From an uncultured virus (IMG/VR IMGVR_UViG_2791355422_000001) (taxonomy: Duplodnaviria > Heunggongvirae > Uroviricota > Caudoviricetes), in IMG/VR virus record IMGVR_UViG_2791355422_000001: a stretch of DNA of 64,000 nt. One strand, written 5' to 3'. The position numbers and the translations under genes were made by a program. Shown piece after piece: positions 28,975 to 37,698 of this stretch (its first letter is position 1; every line of letters begins with the position of its first letter). The notes below the pieces were generated by a model. The model did no database searches. It was not told the origin of the DNA and saw nothing but the letters and a program-made list of their open reading frames with translations.

Positions 28975-29763
28975 TCAACAGCCATCCAGCAGAACCGCGA
29001 ACCTGGCATTACTCGGTCTAGCCGCACGCGTGCCCACGCGCTCATCCCAAGCCCGGCACGTCCCGGCGACGAACACTTCGACGGCCCGCGGGTCGGCAGC
29101 CCTCCAACTGGGGAACTGCGACGCCCACTTCAGGGCCTCGTCAGGCGGGGTGTCGGCCTCCATCAGCCGCACCGTCGTGTACGCCACGTCCACCCACGCA
29201 GGGCCCCGTGCAGGCATTGCCCAGTCCACCAGGAACGCCCGGTCCCCGGTGACCAGCAGATTGTGGGGGTTCGTGTCCGTGTGCAGCAGCGCGTCGCCGT
29301 GCAGCAACTCCCGCTCCTGAGGCGTAAGGACGGCGGCGAAACGGTCGGCGAGCAGCGGCACGCCGAGCTCCAGGGAAGCCTGAGCGGCCTCGCGCGCCAG
29401 CAAGACTTCGGCGACCTTCGACACGTCCGCCGAACCCGGCGACAAGTCCGCATGCCGGCAGTCGACGTACTCGAAACCAAGCAGATCCCAGCCCCCAGAC
29501 GTCACCCGCCACCGTAGAGCCGGACTCACGCCGCGCACGCACGCGCTGACCGCCACCTCCCAAGCCTGACCGGCGCACCCGGCAGCGTCACTCATCGGGA
29601 CGCCCTTCACGAAGAGCCGTCCCGACGACGCGGACAGCACTGCCGCCATCCGGCACGTGATGCCGTCCGGCACGGGCACAGCCGATGCCACAGGCCCGGT
29701 GCGCGCCTCCACCGCGGTGCGCGCGGCGGCGGGGAGCTCAACCCAGTCGTATCTCTCCACCAC
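28975..29763 (-). CDS. APH/protein-kinase-like phosphotransferase
   Basis: LFVKG, HTDTNPHNLL, VDWA, WVD. Confidence 0.85.
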   Translation of the reverse strand: MVERYDWVELPAAARTAVEARTGPVASAVPVPDGITCRMAAVLSASSGRLFVKGVPMSDAAGCAGQAWEVAVSACVRGVSPALRWRVTSGGWDLLGFEYVDCRHADLSPGSADVSKVAEVLLAREAAQASLELGVPLLADRFAAVLTPQERELLHGDALLHTDTNPHNLLVTGDRAFLVDWAMPARGPAWVDVAYTTVRLMEADTPPDEALKWASQFPSWRAADPRAVEVFVAGTCRAWDERVGTRAARPSNARFAVLLDGC

Positions 29764-29831
29764 GACTCCTCTCGCCCTCACGGTGGGAGACCGCAGGAAC
29801 GGCCCCCCACCAGAACTAACGGCATAGCCTG

Positions 29832-29909
29832 CTACTGCGTGGCGCCGCACTTACGGCACCGCGTCGCACCACTCCACTGAACCCAGTCGTGCTCACAGTC
29901 GTCGCTCAT
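29832..29909 (-). CDS. 25-aa Cys/His peptide MSDDCEHDWVQWSGATRCRKCGATQ
   Basis: GGAGGTG RBS 6 nt before ATG; too short for the ORF track. Confidence 0.6.
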   Translation of the reverse strand: MSDDCEHDWVQWSGATRCRKCGATQ

Positions 29910-30049
29910 CGCGTACACCTCCCTCCTGGCGGTCATGGCGAGTCCCCGCTCGGCTTGTTGAGTTCGCGAGGTGGCGGCCGAAGGAAGGCGAGGCGGCTGG
30001 CTCGCTGCACTACTGTCGGCGAGGTGAGCGATCCAGGGAGGCCCGCGTT

Positions 30050-30586
30050 ATGGCAGACGACCGCATCATCCGGACCAGCCCTCAGCGGATCAGCCGGGAA
30101 GTCTGGGAATCCGGGCGCGCCATCCAGAGCGCAGACGTCGCAGGACAGGCCCCCGACGTCACGGGAGTCCGCGTCGACGAGACCCCCGCACCCGAACACA
30201 TCGCCCAAGCACTCGGCATCGACACCGGGACGAGCGTCGTCAGGCGCAGCCGCACCTACGAGATCGACGACCAGGTGGTGCAGATGGCCACCTCGTACCT
30301 GCCGCTCGACCTCGCGCACGGGACGGCAATCACGCAAATCGACACCGGGCCCGGCGGCACCTACGCCCGCCTCGCCGAACTCGGCCACGCGCCAGCCCGC
30401 TTCGCTGAAGACGTGACCGTGCGGCCAGCCACGATCGACGAGTCCGACCAGCTCGGCCTCAGGGCCTGTGAGCCGATCATTCACATCGTGCGTACCGCGA
30501 GCGACGCGACGCGGCGGGTTGTCGAAGTCAACGACATGGTGCTGCACCCCCAGCGATACCGACTGCGTTACGAGTTCGGGGCTTAG
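30050..30586 (+). CDS. UTRA-only (GntR/HutC effector domain) protein
   Basis: VVRRSR..SYLP..GPGGTYARL..EDVTVRPAT; no wHTH. Confidence 0.8.
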   Translation: MADDRIIRTSPQRISREVWESGRAIQSADVAGQAPDVTGVRVDETPAPEHIAQALGIDTGTSVVRRSRTYEIDDQVVQMATSYLPLDLAHGTAITQIDTGPGGTYARLAELGHAPARFAEDVTVRPATIDESDQLGLRACEPIIHIVRTASDATRRVVEVNDMVLHPQRYRLRYEFGA

Positions 30587-30638
30587 CGAGCCGGACGGTG
30601 GCGGCATCGAGGTCTCCTTTCTCAAGCCGTTCGCGTTG

Positions 30639-31148
30639 TTAGGCGGCTTGGGGGACGTTGTTGCTCTCGCGGGTCGCCTGTCCGCCCCACTGCTGGCAGA
30701 TCTTGTGGATGGCGTTACCGCGCTTCGCCTGCCAGCCCACCGGCCAGAGGTGCTGAGCGTTGTAGCGAGGCGCCTCGTGCTTGATCGCGTAGTACTCGGC
30801 TATCTCCGCCTGTTCGCGATCTTCGAGCCAGTCGACCGTCTTCACCAGCACGTCTTTCCACCAAGGCTTGGTGTGCTTGTGGTCCTGCCAGCGCCCTTCG
30901 GGCTGGACGCCGATGCCGACGTACAGCAAGCCGTCGACTCCGATCAGTCGGTAGAGAGCGTTGGGGGCGTTCCACCCGCGCCGCGGCTTCCCGTTGTCGT
31001 CGCGATTCCAGAATCGCTCCTCGGTGGGGATGTAGAGCGCGCTCCGCGGCGACAGTTCAACGTAGTTACGGCCCGCAACTGGCTGCGCGTAGTAGGCAAG
31101 GTCGTCGTCTTGGTACATCGCTCGACGGATGGAAGTGCGTTCAGGCAT
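30639..31148 (-). CDS. GIY-YIG nuclease family protein
   Basis: LYRL..LLYVGI..RWQDH..AE..AIKHEAPRYN. Confidence 0.75.
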   Translation of the reverse strand: MPERTSIRRAMYQDDDLAYYAQPVAGRNYVELSPRSALYIPTEERFWNRDDNGKPRRGWNAPNALYRLIGVDGLLYVGIGVQPEGRWQDHKHTKPWWKDVLVKTVDWLEDREQAEIAEYYAIKHEAPRYNAQHLWPVGWQAKRGNAIHKICQQWGGQATRESNNVPQAA

Positions 31149-31195
31149 GCCGCTCCTAACGGTGCGTGTGGCGTGGGCCACTCTCACAGCACAGG

Positions 31196-31226
31196 ACCGT
31201 AGGGCTTAATTGCATATGTATCAAGC
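31196..31226 (-). promoter_or_regulatory. Promoter/operator copy 1
   Basis: TTGATA-17nt-TACGGT with AT-rich, partly palindromic spacer. Confidence 0.55.
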
Positions 31227-31247
31227 CTTCGCGCGAGAATGCCTAAA

Positions 31248-31271
31248 GCCCCCAGCACCCTTGCTGGGGGC
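31248..31271 (-). terminator. Hairpin terminator after GntR gene
   Basis: GCCCCCAGCA-CCCT-TGCTGGGGGC. Confidence 0.65.
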
Positions 31272-31288
31272 GACTGTTGAGCAGCGGT

Positions 31289-32053
31289 TCAGGGCGTCTC
31301 GACGTGGTAGCCCATCTTGAAGCGGTGGCCCGGCTTCACCAAGATCGACACTTCGATGGGGCGTTGGTCGTCGCTGTAGACGATCCGGAAGACCTCGATG
31401 ACGGGGATGTCGCGGGGGATCTCCAGGTGCACGTACTCCTCGGTAGTCGCGGACCGTGCTGCCAGTGCATCGTCCTGCGACCGCGTGGGGTAGCCCATCT
31501 CGTTCAAGAGGGCCGGGGATCCACCCGGGATGAGCCGGCGGTCGGCCAGGCGGGTCCCCTGGGCGAGCTCAATCGGGTAGTAGGAGTGCACGAGTTCGGC
31601 AGGCTGGTCATCGAGGAAGCCGATTCGGGAGCGAAGCATCGCAGTGCCGTTCTCGTCGAGTCGCATAGCTTTAGCGACCTGCTTCGGCGGCGCCACCTCG
31701 CCAACCTTGAGCATCTTGTATTTGCCGTTCTGGTGCCGCTTGGTGGCCTCGCTGAGCCACCGGTACGGCTGCCCCGGCTCAGAGGGTGGCATGTACGACG
31801 CCGGGATGATCGTCTGTGCAGCCTTGCTGCGCACAAAGACCCCGACGCCGGTCTGACCTTCCAGGAACTTCTCGTCCTTGAGGATCTGGACCGCGCGCTG
31901 CACGGTGACGTTGGAGGTCGAGTACTGCTCGGTGAGCTTCGCGTTGGTGGGAACCCGCATGCCGGGCTCCCACTCGCCAGACATGATCTGCTGCCGAATC
32001 TCGGCCGCGATCCGTTCGGCGAGAGGGCGCTTGTCCTCGTGAGCGTCGGGCAT
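31289..32053 (-). CDS. GntR/HutC regulator (KorSA/TraR-like)
   Basis: wHTH (IAAEIRQQIMSGEW.PG..PT..GVGVFV) + UTRA; divergent from transfer operon. Confidence 0.9.
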   Translation of the reverse strand: MPDAHEDKRPLAERIAAEIRQQIMSGEWEPGMRVPTNAKLTEQYSTSNVTVQRAVQILKDEKFLEGQTGVGVFVRSKAAQTIIPASYMPPSEPGQPYRWLSEATKRHQNGKYKMLKVGEVAPPKQVAKAMRLDENGTAMLRSRIGFLDDQPAELVHSYYPIELAQGTRLADRRLIPGGSPALLNEMGYPTRSQDDALAARSATTEEYVHLEIPRDIPVIEVFRIVYSDDQRPIEVSILVKPGHRFKMGYHVETP

Positions 32054-32054
32054 G

Positions 32055-32585
32055 TCAGTCGACCTCAATCTCATAGCGGAAGCGCCGTGGCGCCTTCATG
32101 AGCATCAGTGAGACCTCGAACGGCTTCCCGTCCTCGGCTTGAGTGGTGCGCAGCAGCTGGAGGATGGATGCGCCCTCAGGGAGAGCTAGGGCTGTGCGCT
32201 CGGAAGGTGCAGCCTCTCGGAGTTCCAGGTCTTCAGTGACCTGTCGGGCGCGGTAGCCGAGTTCCGCGAGAAGGGTGGGCGCCCCACCCTTGATCTTCTT
32301 CATCTCAGCGAGTGCAGTTCCCTGCGCTACGGCTGCCGGGTAGTACGAGTCCGCGAGCTCGATGACCTCGCTGTCGAGGAGGATCGCTCGCCGTCGCACA
32401 TAGGCCTGCTCGTCGGTGTCGAGCTTCAGGGCTCGGGCGACCTCTGGAGGGGGTGCCACCTGGGCGACTTCTACGAGGCGCTGCCCTCCCCGCTTCCCAG
32501 CCTCCTGGGTCCAGGTGTCGCTCTGTCCGTCGGCGCGGGGCTTGATGTAGGCCACCGAGCTCTCGCGCCAGCGCTTCTCAGCCAT
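32055..32585 (-). CDS. UTRA-only protein
   Basis: VRRR..ELADSYYP..GGAPTLLAELGY; lacks wHTH. Confidence 0.8.
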   Translation of the reverse strand: MAEKRWRESSVAYIKPRADGQSDTWTQEAGKRGGQRLVEVAQVAPPPEVARALKLDTDEQAYVRRRAILLDSEVIELADSYYPAAVAQGTALAEMKKIKGGAPTLLAELGYRARQVTEDLELREAAPSERTALALPEGASILQLLRTTQAEDGKPFEVSLMLMKAPRRFRYEIEVD

Positions 32586-32689
32586 CTTCGGTCGCCCCCT
32601 TGATCGTTGGATGTGCATCCTGACCTCACACCTTAATCCCTTGATGATTACAGGTGTCTGTGTGGGACTGGCCAAATCCATGTCGCCAT

Positions 32690-32720
32690 GCTTGATAGCT
32701 TATGCATTAAGCCTTAATGG
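32690..32720 (+). promoter_or_regulatory. Promoter/operator copy 2
   Basis: GCTTGATAGCTTATGCATTAAGCC, near match to reverse complement of 31202-31226. Confidence 0.55.
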
Positions 32721-32755
32721 TTGCTTCAGATGCGAAACCCGCGATCGGAGGCGCA

Positions 32756-32959
32756 ATGCTGCGAGTTCGAGACGTCGCGACGCACTTCCGAGTGCACCCG
32801 GCGACCGTCTACCGATGGGTCAAGCAGGGCCTCCTGCCTGCGTATAGGCACGGCAAGCCCTACAAGCCCGGTGACGGCCCCCCGGGTGGCGCGATCCGTA
32901 TCCCTGAGTCCGTCCTCGACGAGACGGCCCTCCCGACTACCGATGACGAGGTGGCTTGA
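32756..32959 (+). CDS. Excisionase-type HTH protein
   Basis: LRVRDVATHFRVHPATVYRWVKQGLLPAYR. Confidence 0.85.
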   Translation: MLRVRDVATHFRVHPATVYRWVKQGLLPAYRHGKPYKPGDGPPGGAIRIPESVLDETALPTTDDEVA

Positions 32960-32960
32960 G

Positions 32961-33821
32961 ATGCCCACCGCAACCCCCACCCCTGCCCTCACCNNNNNNN
33001 NNNNNNNNNNNNNNNNNNNNNNNNNNNNNNNNNNNNNNNNNNNNNNNNNNNNNNNNNNNNNNNNNNNNNNNNNNNNNNNNNNNNNNNNNNNNNNNNNNNN
33101 NNNNNNNNNNNNNNNNNNNNNNNNNNNNNNNNNNNNNNNNNNNNNNNNNNNNNNNNNNNNNNNNNNNNNNNNNNNNNNNNNNNNNNNNNNNNNNNNNNNN
33201 NNNNNNNNNNNNNNNNNNNNNNNNNNNNNNNNNNNNNNNNNNNNNNNNNNNNNNNNNNNNNNNNNNNNNNNNNNNNNNNNNNNNNNNNNNNNNNNNNNNN
33301 NNNNNNNNNNNNNNNNNNNNNNNNNNNNNNNNNNNNNNNNNNNNNNNNNNNNNNNNNNNNNNNNNNNNNNNNNNNNNNNNNNNNNNNNNNNNNNNNNNNN
33401 NCCCCACCCGGCCGCCCCTTATTCCCCGGTCGCCGAGGCGGAGCGTGTGACGCGCCTGGAGGCGGCTTCCCGCCTGATGGCCAGGCCGACCTACTTCTTC
33501 CTGCCGGGATGCCTGTGCCAGGACGGTGCTCTTGCGGTCCGCCAGCTGGAGGGCGTGTCGCTGCTGCTGGCCCGTGAGGGCTGGGCGCAGGGCGAGATGC
33601 GCACGTCGTCGGGCTGGTGCCTGGTTGGTGCGCTCAACGAGGTCGCCGGGGAGGCTTCGCTCGGTACGGCCTGGTGGCTGCTGCACCTGATGGTTGCCGC
33701 CCGGTCCGGGTTGGATGCCATCCCTGTCTGGAATGACGTGCCTGGCCGGACGTCTGCCGAGGTGCTGGAGCTGGTGGCGGACGCTGTCGAGTTCGCCCGC
33801 ACCTGGAAGGCGATGCAGTGA
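32961..33821 (+). CDS. DUF6197-like protein (spans N gap 32994-33401)
   Basis: GWAQG..CLVGAL..IPVWNDVPGRT. Confidence 0.55.
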   Translation: MPTATPTPALTXXXXXXXXXXXXXXXXXXXXXXXXXXXXXXXXXXXXXXXXXXXXXXXXXXXXXXXXXXXXXXXXXXXXXXXXXXXXXXXXXXXXXXXXXXXXXXXXXXXXXXXXXXXXXXXXXXXXXXXXXXXXXXXXXXXXXXXXPHPAAPYSPVAEAERVTRLEAASRLMARPTYFFLPGCLCQDGALAVRQLEGVSLLLAREGWAQGEMRTSSGWCLVGALNEVAGEASLGTAWWLLHLMVAARSGLDAIPVWNDVPGRTSAEVLELVADAVEFARTWKAMQ

Positions 33822-34060
33822 TGTCCACCCCGACCATGTCCGCCGCTGACATCGCCGCGCACGTCGAGGCACAGGGTCCGGTGCGCCGGGTCCGGCCGCC
33901 GAAGCCGCGGCGCACGGTCCTTGAGCGTTTCCCTGCTGGTGGTCCGCGCGGCTCCTGGCCTGCGGAGGAGTTCGCCCGTGACCGGCGTCGTGAGGGTGTT
34001 CCGGCGGAGGTCCTGATGGATCTCGCGTCGGACAGCTTCCTCGTGATCGTCGCGGCCTAA
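33821..34060 (+). CDS. Hypothetical protein
   Basis: TGATG coupling. Confidence 0.65.
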   Translation: MSTPTMSAADIAAHVEAQGPVRRVRPPKPRRTVLERFPAGGPRGSWPAEEFARDRRREGVPAEVLMDLASDSFLVIVAA

Positions 34061-34149
34061 CCCCCCTGATCGCCGCGGGCGGCGGATGTTTCGGCCCCTC
34101 CCGATCCTGCCGCCCGCGGCTCCACTTCTTGATCCTCGAAGGGATCGTC

Positions 34150-34389
34150 ATGTCTCCGTTCCTGTTCGACGCCGATTTGGGTGTCACCGGGCTGGGTCTG
34201 AGGGCCCGCTCGTCGGCCACGGTCGCCGATGTGTCCGACGCCTACGCGGCGCAGTTGATCGGCGAGTACCGCGATGCGGTCGCGGCCGGCCGTCTCGACG
34301 TGATGCAGCTGATCCGGGATCACGCTGCGGCGATCGACCCGCTGCTGCTGGACGAGCTCGACGGCTTCGACTACCCGGCGGCGGCGTGA
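34150..34389 (+). CDS. Hypothetical protein
   Basis: RBS + ATG after hairpin A1. Confidence 0.6.
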   Translation: MSPFLFDADLGVTGLGLRARSSATVADVSDAYAAQLIGEYRDAVAAGRLDVMQLIRDHAAAIDPLLLDELDGFDYPAAA

Positions 34390-34523
34390 TGTTCGGCCGT
34401 CGTACCCCGGAGCAGTTGGCTGCTGCGGACAACGTGCGCCGTGCGAAGCGGCGCGGGAAGGACGCGGCCGACCTGGCCAGGCGCCTGAAGGCTGAGACGG
34501 ACGCTGCGGCGAAGCGCCGCTAG
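34389..34523 (+). CDS. Small basic protein
   Basis: TGATG coupling. Confidence 0.5.
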   Translation: MFGRRTPEQLAAADNVRRAKRRGKDAADLARRLKAETDAAAKRR

Positions 34524-34614
34524 CCCCCTGATCGCCGCGGTGGCGGGATTGCCCATTCATCCCCCACGGCTCCCGCCACCGCGGTCCATCCACCTACCGA
34601 GAGACAGGACAGCC

Positions 34615-34836
34615 ATGTCGGACTCACAGCACGAGACGCCGCAGATCGCCCTGCACTGGGCGGCCGTCGCCGTCGGTCTCGCCGAGGCCCGGACCGCCAA
34701 GGGCATGCCGCTCACCGACGAGGAGCGCGTGCACTTCGACCGCTACCAGCAGAACGCCTACGACCACGGCTTCTCGGAGGAGCAGGTCCGCGGCTACCTC
34801 GACAACACCCTGCGTCCGGCGATCGCCGCCGACTGA
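34615..34836 (+). CDS. Hypothetical protein
   Basis: AGGA RBS after hairpin A2. Confidence 0.6.
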   Translation: MSDSQHETPQIALHWAAVAVGLAEARTAKGMPLTDEERVHFDRYQQNAYDHGFSEEQVRGYLDNTLRPAIAAD

Positions 34837-34929
34837 CCCCAGCCCTTGCCCGGCCACCACGGGCGTATGCCGCAAGTGCAGGCAAGGGCGCGCACCACAT
34901 CCATTCAATCGATCACAGAGGAGTACGTC

Positions 34930-35109
34930 ATGGGCTGGGACCACGTGCGGAACGAGCCGATCTCCGAGGAGAACACGCAGGAAGTGCTGGGAGGCCTGTC
35001 GGCTGCCGCGCAGGCTGCGGAGCTGTCGGGTGACTCCATGTACGCGGAGGCGTGCCACCGCGAGATGAACCGAGAGCTGGATGAGCTCGACGGCCTGAAG
35101 GGCCGCTGA
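34930..35109 (+). CDS. Small acidic protein
   Basis: GAGGAG RBS after hairpin B1. Confidence 0.6.
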   Translation: MGWDHVRNEPISEENTQEVLGGLSAAAQAAELSGDSMYAEACHREMNRELDELDGLKGR

Positions 35110-35112
35110 CCG

Positions 35113-35565
35113 ATGGCCGGGGCGATCGTCGCCGCCGTCGCCGCGCTGGCGGGTGTGCTGTTGCAGGCGCTGATCGGCGGGCGGCGGGCGCGTGCGGAGC
35201 GGCGCCGGGCCGAGTTCGTCGACACGGTCCGCGGCGTGCTGGCGGCGTATGTCGAGTTCCGCAGCGAGCAGTACCTGAAGATCGCCGCCCGGCGTGAGGG
35301 GCACGGCGACAGTGACGAGTCGCGCCGGGCCCGCTATGCGGCTCGCAGTGCGCTCACCGCGGCGATCGACGCCCTGTACACGGCCACCGACGACCAGCAG
35401 CTGCTGGCGGCAGCCGAGGAGGCCCGCGAACTGGCGGTGGCCCTCGGCGATGCCGCCCCGGCCCCGGGCCAGGTCGACGAGACGGCGGTCGAGGAGATCG
35501 GGCAGCGCGCCCGCGAATCCCACTCCGACCTGCGTCAGGCCGCGCACAAGGCCCTGCACCACTGA
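35113..35565 (+). CDS. KilB-like protein
   Basis: N-terminal TM, basic segment, AARSALTA; recalls pIJ101 KilB architecture. Confidence 0.5.
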   Translation: MAGAIVAAVAALAGVLLQALIGGRRARAERRRAEFVDTVRGVLAAYVEFRSEQYLKIAARREGHGDSDESRRARYAARSALTAAIDALYTATDDQQLLAAAEEARELAVALGDAAPAPGQVDETAVEEIGQRARESHSDLRQAAHKALHH

Positions 35566-35659
35566 ACGTTCAGCCCCGGTGACCTGCCGCAAGGGCGCCC
35601 GATCGACTCGGGCCCGGGGCGTGCACCACAACCATTCACCGATCCGAGAGGAGCCCGTG

Positions 35660-35839
35660 ATGGGCCTGTTCAACCGCACCGACAAGCAGTGCGCGCAGGA
35701 ACTGGTGGCCGCGGCGATGGTCACGAAGGACGCGGACGAGACCGCCCGGGTGATCCGGCAGAAGGGGCTGACGCAGGAGGAGATGGCCCGGGGCGCCGCG
35801 TACATCCGTTCCGGCAAGCGGGTCACCGGCCGCGGCTGA
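35660..35839 (+). CDS. Small protein (MGLFNRT..)
   Basis: GAGGAG RBS after hairpin B2. Confidence 0.6.
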   Translation: MGLFNRTDKQCAQELVAAAMVTKDADETARVIRQKGLTQEEMARGAAYIRSGKRVTGRG

Positions 35840-35918
35840 CCGGCTCTTCCGTCCCTCGCGGCTTGGGCCGTGGGGGAGCGGTGGAGCCGGGACAGCCCCG
35901 GCCCGGAAAGGAGCCCTG

Positions 35919-36095
35919 ATGGGCCTGTTCAGCCGCACTCGCGCCAACGACGCCTTCGAGCCCCCGGAGGGCGGCGGATACCCCGTCACCGACCCGCACG
36001 GAAACGTCAGCTCGTGGCACGACACCAAGAAGTCCGCGAAGGCCGAGGCCAAGCGCCTCAACGAGGCCATGGACGCCGCCAACAAGCGCCGCTGA
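35919..36095 (+). CDS. Small protein (MGLFSRT..)
   Basis: AAGGAG RBS after hairpin C1. Confidence 0.6.
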   Translation: MGLFSRTRANDAFEPPEGGGYPVTDPHGNVSSWHDTKKSAKAEAKRLNEAMDAANKRR

Positions 36096-36121
36096 TCACC
36101 CCAAAACGAGAGGAGCACGCC

Positions 36122-36241
36122 TTGGACAAGTACACGACCGACAGCGGCAGCGAGGTCGAGATCGAGGACGACGGCGATGGCGACTTCACCGTCACCTTCT
36201 CGATGACGGCGCCTGCGCCGGACGACAGCGACGAGGGCTGA
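36122..36241 (+). CDS. Very acidic 39-aa peptide
   Basis: GAGGAG RBS + TTG. Confidence 0.45.
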   Translation: MDKYTTDSGSEVEIEDDGDGDFTVTFSMTAPAPDDSDEG

Positions 36242-36253
36242 CCGGGAGCCCTG

Positions 36254-36424
36254 ATGGCTGGAGACAGCAAGAACGACGAGTGGGAGCGGCACGCCGAAGA
36301 GCACAACCGCGAAGAGGGGGTGGTGGCGAACTTCTTCGGGTTCGGAAAGGGCGGTGAGATTTGCGCCCGCTGCTACAGGGCGGCCTACGGCTGCAACCCC
36401 CCGCCCAAGAGGGAGTGGTGGTGA
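36254..36424 (+). CDS. Small hypothetical protein
   Basis: GGAG RBS; stop overlaps next GTG. Confidence 0.5.
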   Translation: MAGDSKNDEWERHAEEHNREEGVVANFFGFGKGGEICARCYRAAYGCNPPPKREWW

Positions 36425-36789
36425 CCGGCATGCCATACCAAGGGCGTCTGTCGACGGGCCTGTTCAACGACCGGCAGATCCGCGCGAAGGAGTTCAACCG
36501 CTGGGATCAGTGCCACTCCGCGTTCACGCGCGGCAAGCGCCGGGAGATCGTCGACGGGTACAAGGCCGAGATCACCAAGCGCGGCGGGCCGAAGCAGCCG
36601 ATCTGGCTGGACGTCGACGACGCGACCGGCCACGTGTACATCGGTGACGGCCACCACCGGGCTGTCGCGCTCATGGAGTTGGGCGTCACAGAGTTCGCGT
36701 TCCACTGGCGCTCGTGCGCGAAGGGCGGCTGGTTCACCATGCCGCCGCTGGAACGGGAGACCTTCCCCTTCCACCTGCTCAGCCTCTGA
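36421..36789 (+). CDS. ParB/Srx N-terminal-like protein
   Basis: KQPIWL..IGDGHHRAVALMELG. Confidence 0.7.
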   Translation: MTGMPYQGRLSTGLFNDRQIRAKEFNRWDQCHSAFTRGKRREIVDGYKAEITKRGGPKQPIWLDVDDATGHVYIGDGHHRAVALMELGVTEFAFHWRSCAKGGWFTMPPLERETFPFHLLSL

Positions 36790-36864
36790 CCGGCTGCCTG
36801 TCCCGTCCGTCTCGCACGGGCGGGGTGGGGAGCCGGGGACAGTCCCCGGCCCAGGAAGGACGCC

Positions 36865-37026
36865 ATGCCGAAGAAGTCCGTGAAGCAGGACGGCATCCAG
36901 GAGTACCGGACCAACGGCACCAAGCGCTACGGCTACGTGAACGACCCGGACAACGTGGCCTTCGACACCCGCGAGCAGGCCGAGCAGCGCAAGAAGTCCC
37001 TGGACAGCCGCTTCCGCCGCAACTGA
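36865..37026 (+). CDS. Small basic protein
   Basis: AAGGA RBS after hairpin C2. Confidence 0.55.
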   Translation: MPKKSVKQDGIQEYRTNGTKRYGYVNDPDNVAFDTREQAEQRKKSLDSRFRRN

Positions 37027-37054
37027 TCACCCCCACCGATGAAGGGAGGCCGCC

Positions 37055-37267
37055 ATGCGGCCCCGATCCTGGCTGCTGCTGGCGGCCTTCCTGTTCCTGA
37101 CCGGTATCTGCCCGCCGATCGCGTCGCTGCTCGGCGGCACGGCCGGCCTGGCGGTCGCCGGGGCCGTGGAGCTCCTGTCGCAGCCACCGCTGCTGGGCCT
37201 CGCCCTCGTAGTGCTGGCCGTCACCGCCTACCGCCGCCGTCCGGTCGTCCCCCCGGGGAGGGCCTGA
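37055..37267 (+). CDS. Small membrane protein (Spd-like context)
   Basis: Largely hydrophobic; GGAGG RBS. Confidence 0.65.
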   Translation: MRPRSWLLLAAFLFLTGICPPIASLLGGTAGLAVAGAVELLSQPPLLGLALVVLAVTAYRRRPVVPPGRA

Positions 37268-37470
37268 TGCCGGTCACGTTCCGCAAGAGCTACCGGATCT
37301 TCCCCGGCGTCCGGCTCAACATCAACCGGCGCTCGTGGTCGGTCACATTCGGCGGCGGCAAAGGCCCACGCCACACGATCTCGTCGACCGGACGCCGCAC
37401 CACATCCATAGACCTGCCCGGCCCCTTCGGCTGGCGATCCACCCGCACCCGACGCAACCGAGAGGACTGA
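37267..37470 (+). CDS. DUF4236-like protein
   Basis: FRKSYRIFPGVRLNI..G..T..LPG. Confidence 0.8.
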   Translation: MPVTFRKSYRIFPGVRLNINRRSWSVTFGGGKGPRHTISSTGRRTTSIDLPGPFGWRSTRTRRNRED

Positions 37471-37475
37471 TCACC

Positions 37476-37697
37476 GTGAGTCGCTACCTCGAAGAGGCCG
37501 CCGCCCTGCTGCGCAAGTCGGCCGAATCTAACGAGAAGCAGAACAACGCAAAGGACTACCGCATCGACTCTCTTATGGAGGGCCGAGAGCGGATCGCCCG
37601 GCAGTTCGCCACGCTCGCCGCCATCGACAAGGGCCTGCTGCCCGCCGACATCACGGCGGACGTAGTACGCGCCCTGACGGAAAGGGCGGAGGCCTGA
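37476..37697 (+). CDS. Hypothetical protein
   Basis: GAGGA RBS + GTG. Confidence 0.6.
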   Translation: MSRYLEEAAALLRKSAESNEKQNNAKDYRIDSLMEGRERIARQFATLAAIDKGLLPADITADVVRALTERAEA

Positions 37698-37698
37698 C

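Noticed and set aside
28975..29763. Aminoglycoside resistance gene
   Set aside because: Only generic kinase-fold motifs; substrate cannot be inferred
32994..33401. N run in DUF6197-like gene
   Set aside because: Assembly gap; content and frame continuity cannot be judged
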